From positions 42,299-106,298 of the forward strand of contig CAWJJC010000025.1 of the NCBI GenBank assembly GCA_963843145.1: a DNA stretch of 64,000 nucleotides. Direction: 5' to 3'. Source of the DNA: an uncultured delta proteobacterium (lineage in GTDB: Bacteria; Desulfobacterota; RBG-13-43-22). The position numbers were made by a program, and so were the translations under genes. Of the stretch, positions 1 through 10,361 are shown in pieces (the stretch's first letter is position 1; every line of letters starts with the position of its first letter). The notes below the pieces were generated by a model. That model worked only from the letters and a program-made list of their open reading frames with translations, ran no database searches and was not told the origin of the DNA.

Positions 1-10
1 ACTATCATGA

Positions 11-544
11 TTGAACGGGAGAAAGGGACCCGGTTTATTCTTGAATTTAAAATATAGCATTGATTCTTTGATTCTTTCAGAACCCCACAAGAAGGCGATT
101 ATAAAATCTCAAGAAAATTCTTTAACCATAAAAAGCAAGATCCGCACCCTAATTGTCGATGACAATTCCATACTCCGCAAAGGATTAAAATCCGTTCTTT
201 TCTCTTCCCCGATTTTCGATATCGTGGGTGAAGCCGCCGATGGTCTTGAGGCCGTTGATTCCGTCGAAAAATATCATCCCGACCTGGTCATGATGGATCT
301 ATTCTTGCCCCGGATCGACGGTATAAACGCTACCCAGGAAATCAAGAAGAAGTGGCCGGGAACTAAAATCTTGGTTTTCACCGTTCATAATACCCCTGAA
401 TACCTGACGGCTGTCTTGAAGGCCGGTGCGGACGGGTATCTTTCAAAAGATTCTTCCCACTCCGAATTGATTCAATCCATCCAAGATATCCTGGATGTAA
501 AGCAAGGACTTCATCCGAGCCTCATGGAAGATCCCCCCCGCTAA
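11..544 (+). CDS. NarL/LuxR-type response regulator receiver protein (no HTH)
   Basis: IRTLIVDD...PDLVMMDL.LPRIDGI...GADGYLSK receiver motifs; ends before any HTH; start uncertain. Confidence 0.8.
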   Translation: MNGRKGPGLFLNLKYSIDSLILSEPHKKAIIKSQENSLTIKSKIRTLIVDDNSILRKGLKSVLFSSPIFDIVGEAADGLEAVDSVEKYHPDLVMMDLFLPRIDGINATQEIKKKWPGTKILVFTVHNTPEYLTAVLKAGADGYLSKDSSHSELIQSIQDILDVKQGLHPSLMEDPPR

Positions 545-632
545 TTTTTTTCATCATCAATATTAGACAGCGAGAATAAGTTATCGGGCATTCCGGAAAA
601 GGCTTGAGACGGGTGGAATTATTTTCCAGACC

Positions 633-1682
633 TCAATATCCGGTGGAACCTGCATTTATTGTGGGGAAACTTGAGGGTTGCTGGACAACTTTGACTGATT
701 CTTTGGTCTCTGGCCGATTTATCCCGAGCTTATGCATCCTGCCCCTCAAGGTACTTGGATGGAGGCCAAGGATGTTTGCGGCTCCGTCATTTCCCTCGAT
801 GCGCCAGCGGGTTTCCGATAGGACCTTAAGGACGTGGTAGCATTCTACCTCTTCCAGGGTTTTCATGTCGACCGAAGAGGTGGAAGATGGGATCTCCAGT
901 TTATCTGCCAATTGCAAAACCGGCCCGGGGCACAAGATCACGGCTCGTTCAATGACACTTTCCAATTCCCGGATGTTCCCGGGCCAGGGGTAATCCTGCA
1001 GGGTCTTCATCGTTTCCTTCCGGATGGAGGTGATCGGCTTCCCCATTTTTCCGGCATAGCGCTCCGTGAAGGCCTGGGCCAGAATCGGTATGTCTTCTTT
1101 TCTCTGCCTTAGAGGAGGGACCGTGATGGGAAAGACGTTCAGCCGATAGTAAAGGTCCTGCCGAAACCGGCCTTGACGGACCTCCTCGTCAAGATTTCGG
1201 TTGGTCGTGGCTACAATCCGCACATCGGCTTTGATGGTCTGGGACGAGCCCAGGCGCTCAAACTCGTTATGCTGGATCACCCGCAGCAGTTTGGCCTGCA
1301 TCTCCAGCGGCAGTTCCCCTATCTCGTCCAGGCAAAGGGTGGAACCATGGGCGACCTCGAACCGGCCTACCTGCCGGGTATCGGCCCCGGTAAAGGCCCC
1401 CTTCTCCCGGCCGAACAATTCGCTCTCTATTAAATTAGCCGGCAGGGCGGCACAGTTGACGGTGATCAGCGGCCGATCCTTGCGGGGGCTCAGGCTGTGG
1501 ATGAGGTCGGCGGTCAGTTCCTTTCCTGTACCGGTCTCCCCGAGGATGAGGACCGTTGTGTTATGAGGGGCGACCTGTTCTGCCCGATAAAGAACATACT
1601 TAAGTCCATCGCTTTGCCCGAGGATATGATTGAATTGATGTTTCATTAAATCTCTCCAGTTAACTCTTTCCATATCCGGCAA
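633..1682 (-). CDS. Sigma-54 dependent Fis-family activator lacking an N-terminal input domain
   Basis: GETGTGKE Walker [29 protein letters not shown]-terminal HTH. Confidence 0.9.
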   Translation of the reverse strand: MPDMERVNWRDLMKHQFNHILGQSDGLKYVLYRAEQVAPHNTTVLILGETGTGKELTADLIHSLSPRKDRPLITVNCAALPANLIESELFGREKGAFTGADTRQVGRFEVAHGSTLCLDEIGELPLEMQAKLLRVIQHNEFERLGSSQTIKADVRIVATTNRNLDEEVRQGRFRQDLYYRLNVFPITVPPLRQRKEDIPILAQAFTERYAGKMGKPITSIRKETMKTLQDYPWPGNIRELESVIERAVILCPGPVLQLADKLEIPSSTSSVDMKTLEEVECYHVLKVLSETRWRIEGNDGAANILGLHPSTLRGRMHKLGINRPETKESVKVVQQPSSFPTINAGSTGY

Positions 1683-1971
1683 GTCGTGTAAACCACGGGT
1701 TTTTGCTTAATCGGAGACTAAAAATAATCCATCCGATCAAGCCAAAAAGAAAGATACCTATAAAAATTGTTTCTTGTAAATTGAAATACCAATCTGGAGC
1801 GTCGTTCCCCCAACCTATTACTGTAGCCAGAAAAAAATGCCAGGAATAATTTAAAAAAACCCCTATTACGACTCCTTGGATAGTCATTACAGTGATCCTG
1901 ATAATTTTCTCTAAAATAGACATTAATGGCCTTGAGGGAAGCAATAACTTTTTAAAAGTACATTGCTTCAT
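1660..1971 (-). CDS. Small AT-rich membrane protein, hypothetical
   Basis: Two hydrophobic segments; AT-rich; overlaps start of the activator gene. Confidence 0.4.
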   Translation of the reverse strand: MKQCTFKKLLLPSRPLMSILEKIIRITVMTIQGVVIGVFLNYSWHFFLATVIGWGNDAPDWYFNLQETIFIGIFLFGLIGWIIFSLRLSKNPWFTRLAGYGKS

Positions 1972-2281
1972 ATAGGGTCAGAAAGGAATACAGGGAAGAC
2001 CTTATTTTTTAGAAGAAAATGCTGTATTTTTAGGGTGAAAGATAATATCTTGCAGATTTTTAGATAAGTTCCATTCTGGCTGAACGTTCCTCTCTATGGA
2101 TGAAGCAGATAGAACCAACTATCTGCTGGCTGAGTGGTTGAGTTTAAATCGTAATCGTTGAACTTTGAGCTTTATAGAAATAACCATTTGTAGGTGTACT
2201 GGGAAAATCCGGGAGAGGGAGTATTTTTCGAGGGAAATCGAGGATTTTTTTCCGAAAGATGCTAGCTAAAAAGGAGGAAAT

Positions 2282-3526
2282 GTGTCTACCAGAGAAGGTT
2301 CGATAGTCTTCAATCCAGCACTCATTGGACATCTCGAAATTAAAAACCGTATAGTCCGTTCGGCCACGTACGAGAATGCGGCCACAAGCAAAGGTGAGGT
2401 ATCGGATTTTTTAGTGGACCTTTATCGCACTTTGGCCAAAGGGGGTGTGGGTCTGATAATCACCGGCGCTGCCGGCGTATACTCCAAGGCGCTGGCGCCC
2501 CATCTCTTATTGCGAGCGGATAACGATTCTTTTATTCAGAGTCTCAAAAAAATCCCACAGGCAGTGCGGGAAGCTACGCCGGACTGCAGGGTGATGATCC
2601 AATTGAATCATCCCGGAAGACAGGTCATTCACCGAGAAAACACTGCTAAAATATTTCCCCTGCTTCCGCCAGCCATGGTCGCCTATATTCAAAAGCATCC
2701 TGAGCTCATGGCACCCCCTGCGGAAGCCATCCATGAGGTAGAGCCAACCGCCCCTTCCGCGGTCTACGACGCGACCTTCGATCGGACGCCGAGGGCGTTG
2801 ACCCAAGACGAAATTGAGGAAATCATTGAGGCCTTTGCCGAAGGCGTACGGCGGGCTCAAGAGGCTGGTTTTGACGGGGTTCAGCTTCATGCTGCTCACG
2901 GCTATCTTCTGAGCTCCTTTTTATCACCGCGGACTAATCAGCGCAAGGATCAATATGGCGGTTCCACTGAGAATCGGACCAGAATCGTCAAGGACATCTA
3001 CCAGCGAGCCAGAAAAAAGGTCGGCGAGCGTTTCCCCATTCTGATTAAATTCAACACCACTGATTTCCTTCCTGGGGGCCCAGACCTCAACGAAACGGTC
3101 CAGGTGGGAAAGATCTTAGGCGAGGTCGGGTTCGCGGCCATTGAGGCCAGCGGGGGTATGTGGGAATCATGCACCCGCCCGAAAGAGGAACTGGGGTGGC
3201 CTCCTGTGCTCTTGGCCGAATCTCGGACCGGCATTAAAAGTTATGATCAAGAAGCCTATTTCCTCCCGGGTGCGAAAGAACTCAAAGAAAAGACGAATGC
3301 GACTGTCATCCTAGTGGGAGGTTTACGGTCGTTCAGTAGAATAGAAGAAGTCTTGAGTGCCAAGGCGGCGGATTTCGTCTCAATGTCCAGGCCCCTTATC
3401 CGCCAGCCGGACCTCCCCCTCCTCTGGCGATCCGGGGAGGGACCAGACAAAGCCGAGTGTATTTCCTGCAATTCCTGCCTGCCGATAAGAAGTTCTCCTT
3501 TGGCTTGTCGGGTAAAGAACCCATAG
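2282..3526 (+). CDS. NADH:flavin oxidoreductase (Old Yellow Enzyme family)
   Basis: KNRIVRSAT, GFDGVQLHAAHGYLLSSFLSP, C-terminal CISCNSC; AAGGAGG RBS. Confidence 0.92.
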   Translation: MSTREGSIVFNPALIGHLEIKNRIVRSATYENAATSKGEVSDFLVDLYRTLAKGGVGLIITGAAGVYSKALAPHLLLRADNDSFIQSLKKIPQAVREATPDCRVMIQLNHPGRQVIHRENTAKIFPLLPPAMVAYIQKHPELMAPPAEAIHEVEPTAPSAVYDATFDRTPRALTQDEIEEIIEAFAEGVRRAQEAGFDGVQLHAAHGYLLSSFLSPRTNQRKDQYGGSTENRTRIVKDIYQRARKKVGERFPILIKFNTTDFLPGGPDLNETVQVGKILGEVGFAAIEASGGMWESCTRPKEELGWPPVLLAESRTGIKSYDQEAYFLPGAKELKEKTNATVILVGGLRSFSRIEEVLSAKAADFVSMSRPLIRQPDLPLLWRSGEGPDKAECISCNSCLPIRSSPLACRVKNP

Positions 3527-4205
3527 GCGTCCCTGAGAGCATTCTTCGCGAGATTTCATGCTCCTGTTCTGCCATAGGACTATGGGAGTGATCAGTATTC
3601 GAATTGGGTCAAATTTAGTATTTTAGGATGGGGAAGGCTAAAATCACTTTCAATCGGAAAATTCCAGCCTTTTTCGTTTATTTCGGGGAAAAGGTTATAA
3701 ACTTGCAACGACTTTATTATAGGCGGAAATCATCACCTCGGCTCAGCATTGAAAGTTGCGGCTTTGTAGTTGGAGTCCGCTCGGGGGGGGGGCAATAAAC
3801 TAAATCATTCCGGCACCTCCTTCCGTTAATCCACCACTAAAGAAATATAACCCGGGCTATTACCCCACCCGAAATCACGCTTCATCCAATTCTTCCAATC
3901 AGGAAGTGTTTCGCGGGCCTACCCCTTTACCCCACTTGCCCCTTATCTTGTCTTAAAGGTGCTGAATTCGTTATCAGCATAGCATCCAAATTACGTTTTA
4001 AATCGATTGTTGGGAATATTAGGGGCCCCACCGCGCTTATTATTTTTTTAACCTTTTCCCCTCCCACAGGATCGAAAGCTATGAGGGTTAAATGAAAATA
4101 GAAATCAAAGATGGTTAAACTCGAAAAGGAAATTTGGGAACCGAAATAAAAAATTAGGCCAAAACCCCGGCAGCTTGTCATTCATCACTCAAAAGGAGAC
4201 CGATC

Positions 4206-4694
4206 ATGAAACGAATTGCTCATCCGTTCACTAATCCAAGCGCACTTCTTATTTCGGCGGTGGCCTTCCTGGTCACTATCGCTTTCGCCGGCGCAAATCT
4301 TTCCCAGGCGGCTTCGGCCGAACCGGCCCAGAAGCCCCCGGCTAGGGTCTCTAAAGTCGATCGCACCGAGGTGCGTATCAAAGACTTGCAGGCTAGACTC
4401 AAAATCACACCAGCCCAGGAAGAACTATGGAAAAAGGTCACCGAAGTGATGCGGGACAATGCCAAAACGATGGACACCCTTCGCCAGGCCAGGCTGGAAA
4501 AAGCAAAGGCCCTGACCGCCGTCGAAGATCTCAAATCCTATAGCGAAATCGCCCAGGCCCATGCGGAGGGGCTCAAGAATTTCATCCCGGCCTTCGAGGC
4601 GCTCTATGCCAGCATGTCGGACGAGCAGAAAAAAGATGCGGATACCCTGTTTCGTCGTGGAACCCAGAGGAAGGGCAAGGGCAGAAGCAAATGA
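4206..4694 (+). CDS. Spy/CpxP family (LTXXQ) periplasmic protein
   Basis: Signal peptide, LKITPAQEELW, LYASMSDEQKK.AD; AGGAG RBS. Confidence 0.85.
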   Translation: MKRIAHPFTNPSALLISAVAFLVTIAFAGANLSQAASAEPAQKPPARVSKVDRTEVRIKDLQARLKITPAQEELWKKVTEVMRDNAKTMDTLRQARLEKAKALTAVEDLKSYSEIAQAHAEGLKNFIPAFEALYASMSDEQKKDADTLFRRGTQRKGKGRSK

Positions 4695-4735
4695 TCGCCG
4701 GCCTGACAACCACCAGTCAAGAAAGGAAGGGACCT

Positions 4736-5041
4736 ATGAGAACCTCAATAGTCGGAAAGATCATGATGGCGCTTATCTTTGTCTCTCTGATCGGCGGCAT
4801 ATCCGCGGGTCCGGCGCTCGGCAGAAATGGCGATAGCGTTCAAAGGCCGCAGCAACGCGGCTGGGCCGATGACCGCGACCGGCACGACGACCGCGACCGG
4901 CGCTGGGATCGTGGACGGCGGGAGTATCGGCCCCATGGCTACTACCGTCCGGGACCCAGTTATGGTCCACCGATCTACGCTGTCCCGGCTCCGTCGCCGG
5001 GCATCAGAATCTTCCTCCCCTTCCCGTTCGATATTCGCTAG
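4736..5041 (+). CDS. Secreted Arg/Asp/Pro-rich hypothetical protein
   Basis: ATG at 4736 after AGGAAGGG; signal peptide; DDRDRH repeats; C-terminal PGIRIFLPF. Confidence 0.7.
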   Translation: MRTSIVGKIMMALIFVSLIGGISAGPALGRNGDSVQRPQQRGWADDRDRHDDRDRRWDRGRREYRPHGYYRPGPSYGPPIYAVPAPSPGIRIFLPFPFDIR

Positions 5042-5161
5042 GGGGATCCTCACCGTCGATCGCCGATTGCTCACGCCGCCTTACACCGTGCCGTCGTGAG
5101 CAATCGGGCTCGCTGAGGATAAACGTAAAACGATTAAATAATAAACTTAGAGGATAGAAAA

Positions 5162-5305
5162 ATGAAAAAAACTATTATGTTTTGGATTATGTTCGGGATG
5201 GTTTTAACCTCCCTGGGGGGCTGTTTCATTCCCTATTATGATGACGGTGGTGGACACCGTCGACATGGCGGGGACAGATACGACCGCTGGGACCATAGAA
5301 GATAA
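5162..5305 (+). CDS. 47-aa lipoprotein (not in ORF track)
   Basis: MKKTIMFWIMFGMVLTSLGGC-FIPYYDDGGGHRRHGGDRYDRWDHRR*; LGGC lipobox; GAGG RBS. Confidence 0.7.
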   Translation: MKKTIMFWIMFGMVLTSLGGCFIPYYDDGGGHRRHGGDRYDRWDHRR

Positions 5306-5354
5306 AAAGGACCTAGTCCCGCTTAGAATGGCGGGACCAGGTCCTGGCTAGGCA

Positions 5355-5429
5355 TGGTAGGCACGACGAGGGTTGAACTCGTGACCCCTACCGTGTCAGG
5401 GTAGTGCTCTCCCACTGAGCTACGTGCCT
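5355..5429 (-). tRNA. tRNA-Val (GAC)
   Basis: AGGCACG-TAGCTCAGTGGGAGAGC-ACTACC-CTGACAC-GGTAG...GTTCAAC...CGTGCCT-A-CCA cloverleaf, encoded CCA. Confidence 0.97.
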
Positions 5430-5650
5430 ATATTTTTCATTTACGATCCTAATCAATTATCCGTGCGGCTGTCAAGAAAAATTCCGGTTATCAGGTGCTG
5501 ATGGGCTCGCCAGAAGTCCATCAGCAGCCCGAGCGCGACTAAGCGCCGGGCTGGGGTGGGGGTGGGACCATTGGAATTCACTTCCAAATGGCGGGGGAGG
5601 GAGAACCCTCCCCCGCCGAGCAGAAAGTCGTTTTTTGACTTTTTGCGAGG

Positions 5651-6178
5651 TTAAGTAATGGTCCGCAGACCGGAATAGATGTAATGCAATCCCGAGACAA
5701 CCGTCAGGACCAGCGTCAAGTACACAATCCCCGGCTTCACCCAGGGCGCCCACTGGAGGTATCCGGAAGCCAGAATAATCACGATCAGCAGGGCCTGGCA
5801 GGCGGTAGTCAGTTTGCTGACGATCGAAGGCTTAATGTCCATCCGCAACTGGTTGAGGAAAAGGATGGCTACGCCGACGACGATCACCACATCCCGGCTG
5901 ATGACAATCACGGTCAGCCAGCCCGGGATCTGTTTCAAGACGGCCAGCGTGATAAAGGCCGTGGACAACAGGAGCTTATCGGCGATCGGGTCCAGGAACG
6001 AGCCCAGGCGGGTCTTCTGGGAGAACACCCGGGCCACAAACCCATCCAGGGCATCAGACACGGCCGCCGCCATAAAAACCCAGAGCGCCTGATTCAGTGC
6101 CCCGTTGATCAGCAGGATGGCAAACCAGGGGATCAGGATGATCCGGATCAGGGTGATCCAATTGGCGAACGAATTCAC
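5651..6178 (-). CDS. CDP-alcohol phosphatidyltransferase (PgsA-like)
   Basis: ANWITLIR, SDALDGFVAR...LGSFLDPIADK signature. Confidence 0.9.
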   Translation of the reverse strand: MNSFANWITLIRIILIPWFAILLINGALNQALWVFMAAAVSDALDGFVARVFSQKTRLGSFLDPIADKLLLSTAFITLAVLKQIPGWLTVIVISRDVVIVVGVAILFLNQLRMDIKPSIVSKLTTACQALLIVIILASGYLQWAPWVKPGIVYLTLVLTVVSGLHYIYSGLRTIT

Positions 6179-6182
6179 AACC

Positions 6183-7103
6183 TCAACCTTTCAGGAAAAT
6201 TTTTGCCTTTTCGTGGATGGTATCAAACTCTTCCGGGAAAAACCAGTTCAAATCAGGCTCCCTGGAGAGCCAGGTGAATTGCCGCTTGGCATAGCGGCGG
6301 GTGTCTCGTTTAAGGAGTTCCAGCGCCTGACCCAGTTCCCACTCCCCTTTCACGACTTTGATCAAATGGCGGTACCCCAAGGCATTCAGTGGACGTAATT
6401 CCGGCCCGTATCCTTGAGCCAGCAATCCTTCCACCTCCTCCAGAAACCCCTGCCGGATCATTTCATCGGCCCTCCGGTTGATGCGCTCATAGAGTTTGGC
6501 CCGGTCCTCCCGCAGTCCGATCCAAAAAAAAAATCCGGGATCCTCCGGCTTCCGGTCCCACTGCTGCCATTCCGAAAGGCGACGCCCGGTCAGTTCCAGC
6601 ACTTCCAGGGCGCGGATCAATCGGACCCGGTCCCGGAAATGAATTCGCCCGGCTGCCGCCGGATCCCTTTCATTCAAACATTCCCAGAGGAAATTCTCTT
6701 CCCGCCCTGCAGCCTGATCGACCCATTTCTGCCGAATCTCCGCCTTCGGTTCCGGGCAGGGGAACAGACCCCGCTGCAGGACCCGCAAGTAAAGGCCTGT
6801 CCCGCCGATTACGATAATAGGCTTTTGCCTGGCAGCCAGCCCGGAGATGGCCTCCAGGGCCAGGTTTCTGAAATCGGCGGCCTGGAAGGACTGATCGGGA
6901 TTACGAATATCGATCAGGTGATAGGGGACTTCCGTCCGCTCTTCCGGACTTGGCTTGGCCGTTCCGATATCCAGGTGCCGGTAAACCTGCATGGAATCGG
7001 CATTGATGATCTCCCCACCCAGGGTTTTGGCCAAGCGGTGGCCCAAGCTCGATTTACCGACAGCGGTCGGACCGGTAATGATGACCACCTTAAAGTCCTT
7101 CAT
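6183..7103 (-). CDS. miaA: tRNA dimethylallyltransferase
   Basis: GPTAVGKS, DSMQVY..LDIGTAKP, GGTGLY, TRRYAKRQFTW; adjacent to mutL. Confidence 0.97.
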   Translation of the reverse strand: MKDFKVVIITGPTAVGKSSLGHRLAKTLGGEIINADSMQVYRHLDIGTAKPSPEERTEVPYHLIDIRNPDQSFQAADFRNLALEAISGLAARQKPIIVIGGTGLYLRVLQRGLFPCPEPKAEIRQKWVDQAAGREENFLWECLNERDPAAAGRIHFRDRVRLIRALEVLELTGRRLSEWQQWDRKPEDPGFFFWIGLREDRAKLYERINRRADEMIRQGFLEEVEGLLAQGYGPELRPLNALGYRHLIKVVKGEWELGQALELLKRDTRRYAKRQFTWLSREPDLNWFFPEEFDTIHEKAKIFLKG

Positions 7104-8887
7104 TTCCTTTTCAGCCGCCTCTCGATTTCATCCAGCGACAGCAGGAACCACAGGGGCCGACCGTGAGGGCAGTGTGAGGGTTGCTCGGTTTGATCCAAAT
7201 CGCGCAGCAAACTCCGCATCTCCGCTTCCGTCAAGGATTGACCGGCTTTAATGGCCCCGTGGCAGGCCAGGCTCTTCAGAAGCCTCTCGGCCTGATCGGA
7301 GTGATCGCTTGTTTCCCGCCCGGACGTTAGGGTCAAAAAAATTTCCTGCACGGCTTCCGCCGCCTGGGCTGGCGATAATTCCTGCGGGATGGCCGTAATC
7401 CGGTACGAGGGTCCCCTGCCCGGCGCCCAATCAAAACCCAAGGCCCGAAGACTGCTTTCCAGGTCCTGGACCGTTTCCGGATCCGTCGGCGCCAGTTCGA
7501 GCACCAGGGGCGTCAACAAAAGCTGCGAGGCCACCCCGCCCCGACGCCGGCCCTGAAGAAATTTTTCATAAAGGACCCGTTCATGGGCGGCGTGCTGATC
7601 CACCACCAGCAGACCCGATTCTCCCACGGCCAAAAGGTACGATCGGTATACTTGCCCCAGCAGGAACAGTCCCGAAAAGGGGCCGGTTTTCCTCTCAACC
7701 GGTGTCCCGGAAAGAGTCGGCGCCGCTTCGGAAGCCCTTTCCGCTTCCGGCCGGAATCCCTGTCCGGGCCGGAAGGAGGAAAAGGCCGCCGGTGAAGCCA
7801 AGGCCGCCTGCGGTTCGCGAAGCAAGGGCAACTCTTCCGAAGCGGTTTCTCGAAAAGGCGGGAAATAGGCCATTCGAGAATTGACCTCCAGGGGCGTCAG
7901 GTTTTTTAAGGCCCGGCCCAGGGCTTTTCGACCCACCTCCAGCACCCATTCCTCGTGGCTGAAACGGACCTCCTGCTTGGCAGGATGAATGTTTACATCC
8001 ACCAATTCGGGAGGAACCTCCATCCACAAGGCGGCCAAGGGGAATCGGCCCTGGGGGAGCATGCCTTTATAAGAACTCAAAATCAGAGGATAAAGTAAAG
8101 GACTCCGAACCCAGCGGCGGTTGACGATCAAGGCTACATAGCGGCCGGTATTGAGGTGAACCTGGGGCGGAGAAACAAATCCTTGAACCCGGACATTATA
8201 TTCCTCCCCTTCCACCCCGATCAATCCCGAAGTCCGCTCTTTTCCCCAGAGCTCTTCCAGTCGAAAGACGCGCTGTTTCGTCGGCAGCAAATGAATGACC
8301 TTTTTTCCGTTATGGTGCAAGGTCATCTGGATCTCCGGGAACCCCAGGGCCACCCGCTCAAAGGCCGATTGAATCCGGCTCCATTCGGCCCGAGGGCTCT
8401 TTAGAAAGGCCAGGCGCGCCGGGGTATGGTAGAATAAATCGTTTACCTCCACGGTAGTCCCGGAGATCCCGGCGATCTCCACCAGCCCTTTTTTCTCACC
8501 ACCCCAGATCTCGAGGCGCTGGCCGCTGCCGGCGCCCCGGGGGATGGAACGTATGGACAGCCGGCTGACAGCGGCGATGCTGGGCAAGGCCTCGCCCCGA
8601 AAACCCATGGTCTTCAAACCGTAGAGGTCGTTGAGCCCTTTAATTTTGCTGGTGGCGTGCCGTTCGACGGACAGAGAAAGATCCTCCAGAGTCATCCCCT
8701 GGCCGTTATCCGTTACCAGGATCTGGGAGGTCCCGGCTTGTTGAATTTCCACCCGGATTTCGGTGGCCCCGGCGTCTACCGCGTTTTCCAACAGTTCCTT
8801 CACCACCGAAGCCGGCCGCTCCACCACTTCACCGGCGGCGATCTGGTTGATCAGCATTTCGGAGAGTATTTTAATTCTGTTTTCCAT
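7100..8887 (-). CDS. mutL: DNA mismatch repair endonuclease MutL
   Basis: NQIAAGEVVERPASVVKEL, GFRGEAL, DQHAAHERVLYE, CPHGRP. Confidence 0.98.
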   Translation of the reverse strand: MENRIKILSEMLINQIAAGEVVERPASVVKELLENAVDAGATEIRVEIQQAGTSQILVTDNGQGMTLEDLSLSVERHATSKIKGLNDLYGLKTMGFRGEALPSIAAVSRLSIRSIPRGAGSGQRLEIWGGEKKGLVEIAGISGTTVEVNDLFYHTPARLAFLKSPRAEWSRIQSAFERVALGFPEIQMTLHHNGKKVIHLLPTKQRVFRLEELWGKERTSGLIGVEGEEYNVRVQGFVSPPQVHLNTGRYVALIVNRRWVRSPLLYPLILSSYKGMLPQGRFPLAALWMEVPPELVDVNIHPAKQEVRFSHEEWVLEVGRKALGRALKNLTPLEVNSRMAYFPPFRETASEELPLLREPQAALASPAAFSSFRPGQGFRPEAERASEAAPTLSGTPVERKTGPFSGLFLLGQVYRSYLLAVGESGLLVVDQHAAHERVLYEKFLQGRRRGGVASQLLLTPLVLELAPTDPETVQDLESSLRALGFDWAPGRGPSYRITAIPQELSPAQAAEAVQEIFLTLTSGRETSDHSDQAERLLKSLACHGAIKAGQSLTEAEMRSLLRDLDQTEQPSHCPHGRPLWFLLSLDEIERRLKRK

Positions 8888-9055
8888 AGGATCATTCGGG
8901 AAGGAGGCCGGCTCTTTTTATAGCATAAACCTTTGCCCTCAGCCAAAGGAAATCCCGCTGTTCATCAATTTCGGCCATGACTTCAACCTTGCTTTTTATG
9001 GCTTTTATGCGGTATCCTTAATTCAAGGAGGGCTGCCAAGGTTCTTCTTAAAATA

Positions 9056-9104
9056 AAAGGCCTCTGCTTCCTGAAAACGCCTTCTTCCTGAAGTAGAGGC
9101 CTTT
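9056..9104. other. 15-bp inverted-repeat hairpin
   Basis: AAAGGCCTCTGCTTC ... GAAGTAGAGGCCTTT upstream of the 50-aa ORF. Confidence 0.5.
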
Positions 9105-9135
9105 AGCTTATTACCTTCTGCGGAGGTTTTAGACC

Positions 9136-9288
9136 ATGAAACCGGAAGAGGAATTGATCCTGAAAGTGACCAAGGAAATCGTCATTAAATACATTGAAAT
9201 CGGACGCCTGGCCATCAGCAGCTTCGATGAAGCCTTCCGGGGCATTTACCGGACTGTGGAAGAAACAGTCCAAACCAAAAAACCCTAA
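9136..9288 (+). CDS. 50-aa conserved-looking small protein (not in ORF track)
   Basis: GGAGG RBS; MKPEEELILKVTKEIVIKYIEIGRLAISSFDEAFRGIYRTVEETVQTKKP*. Confidence 0.75.
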   Translation: MKPEEELILKVTKEIVIKYIEIGRLAISSFDEAFRGIYRTVEETVQTKKP

Positions 9289-9300
9289 TTAATAGGCCGC

Positions 9301-9610
9301 TTCGCCCTTTTGGGTGTGTCCCCCCCTAGATCTGGTATGGCCGTGGGGTCTCGGCGAAAGGGTTTTCCAAAGGTACTCCGGACTTCGAACCCGGGCCTAA
9401 CTTAATAACTTTACTTAAAGCAGGCCCATACTCAGCATATTTTGATGTCTCCTCGGCCGGCCCTGCCTTGTGGAACATTTGATAGTAAGGGGGCCGGGTT
9501 AGAACCTAAAAAGCAATAGGGAAAACCCTTTCGCCGAGACCCCACGGCCATGGAGGTCCGATTTCAGGTTAATCTATTCCATATTGCGGCCAACCACCCA
9601 AAAGGGCGAA
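9301..9610. repeat. Composite inverted repeat / MITE-like element
   Basis: Perfect 16-bp IR 9301-9316/9595-9610 and perfect 32-bp IR 9337-9368/9520-9551. Confidence 0.8.
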
Positions 9611-9616
9611 CCACCA

Positions 9617-10360
9617 TCAATAGATCACCTTTCGTAAAAACAGCCCCTGGGCCGGGGCCATGGCCCCGGCCTGGGACCGGTCCCGAGAAGCCAAAATATC
9701 CTGCCACTGTCCCAAGCTGATCTTTTTCATTCCCAGACGAACTAAAGCCCCGACCAGATTGCGGACCATGTGCCGGAGAAACCCGTCGCCCTGGAATCGC
9801 AAACGGACCCCTCCCCGGCGTAAACGGATCAAATCGGCCTGAAACAGGGTCTTGACCGTCTGCTTCACGTCGCTCCCGGCGGTCTGGTAGGCTGAAAAAT
9901 CATGCTCCCCTTTGAGCTCCAAAAGCCCCTGGCTCATCAGTCCAAAATCCAGCGGTTGACCGATCCACCAACTGTAACGCCGATAAAAAGGCGCCGGCCA
10001 GCCTCCATTCAAGAGATAATAATCGTAAGTCTTCAGGCGGCTGTCATAGCGGGCATGAAAGTCGGGCAGCGTTTCCTGAACCGATCGAATGCGGATATCC
10101 GGAGGCAGAAGGGCGTTAAGGGCGCTTTGCCATTTTTCCAGAGTCAGGGCCGCCAGCGTTTTAAAATGGGCCACCTGGCCCCAGGCGTGAACTCCGGCAT
10201 CCGTTCGGCCGGCCCCCGTCAGGGCGATCGGCTCCCGGGTAATTTTTTGCAATACGGCTTCCAGAGTTCCCTGAATCGTGGGGGCCTGGGGCTGGCGCTG
10301 CCAGCCCTGGAAATCGGTACCGTCATAAGCGATGAGCAGGCGGATAGTACGGGAAGACAT
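9617..10360 (-). CDS. truA: tRNA pseudouridine(38-40) synthase
   Basis: YDGTDFQGWQ, GAGRTDAGVHAWGQV, GFLRHMVR, APAQGLFL. Confidence 0.97.
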   Translation of the reverse strand: MSSRTIRLLIAYDGTDFQGWQRQPQAPTIQGTLEAVLQKITREPIALTGAGRTDAGVHAWGQVAHFKTLAALTLEKWQSALNALLPPDIRIRSVQETLPDFHARYDSRLKTYDYYLLNGGWPAPFYRRYSWWIGQPLDFGLMSQGLLELKGEHDFSAYQTAGSDVKQTVKTLFQADLIRLRRGGVRLRFQGDGFLRHMVRNLVGALVRLGMKKISLGQWQDILASRDRSQAGAMAPAQGLFLRKVIY

Positions 10361-10361
10361 A

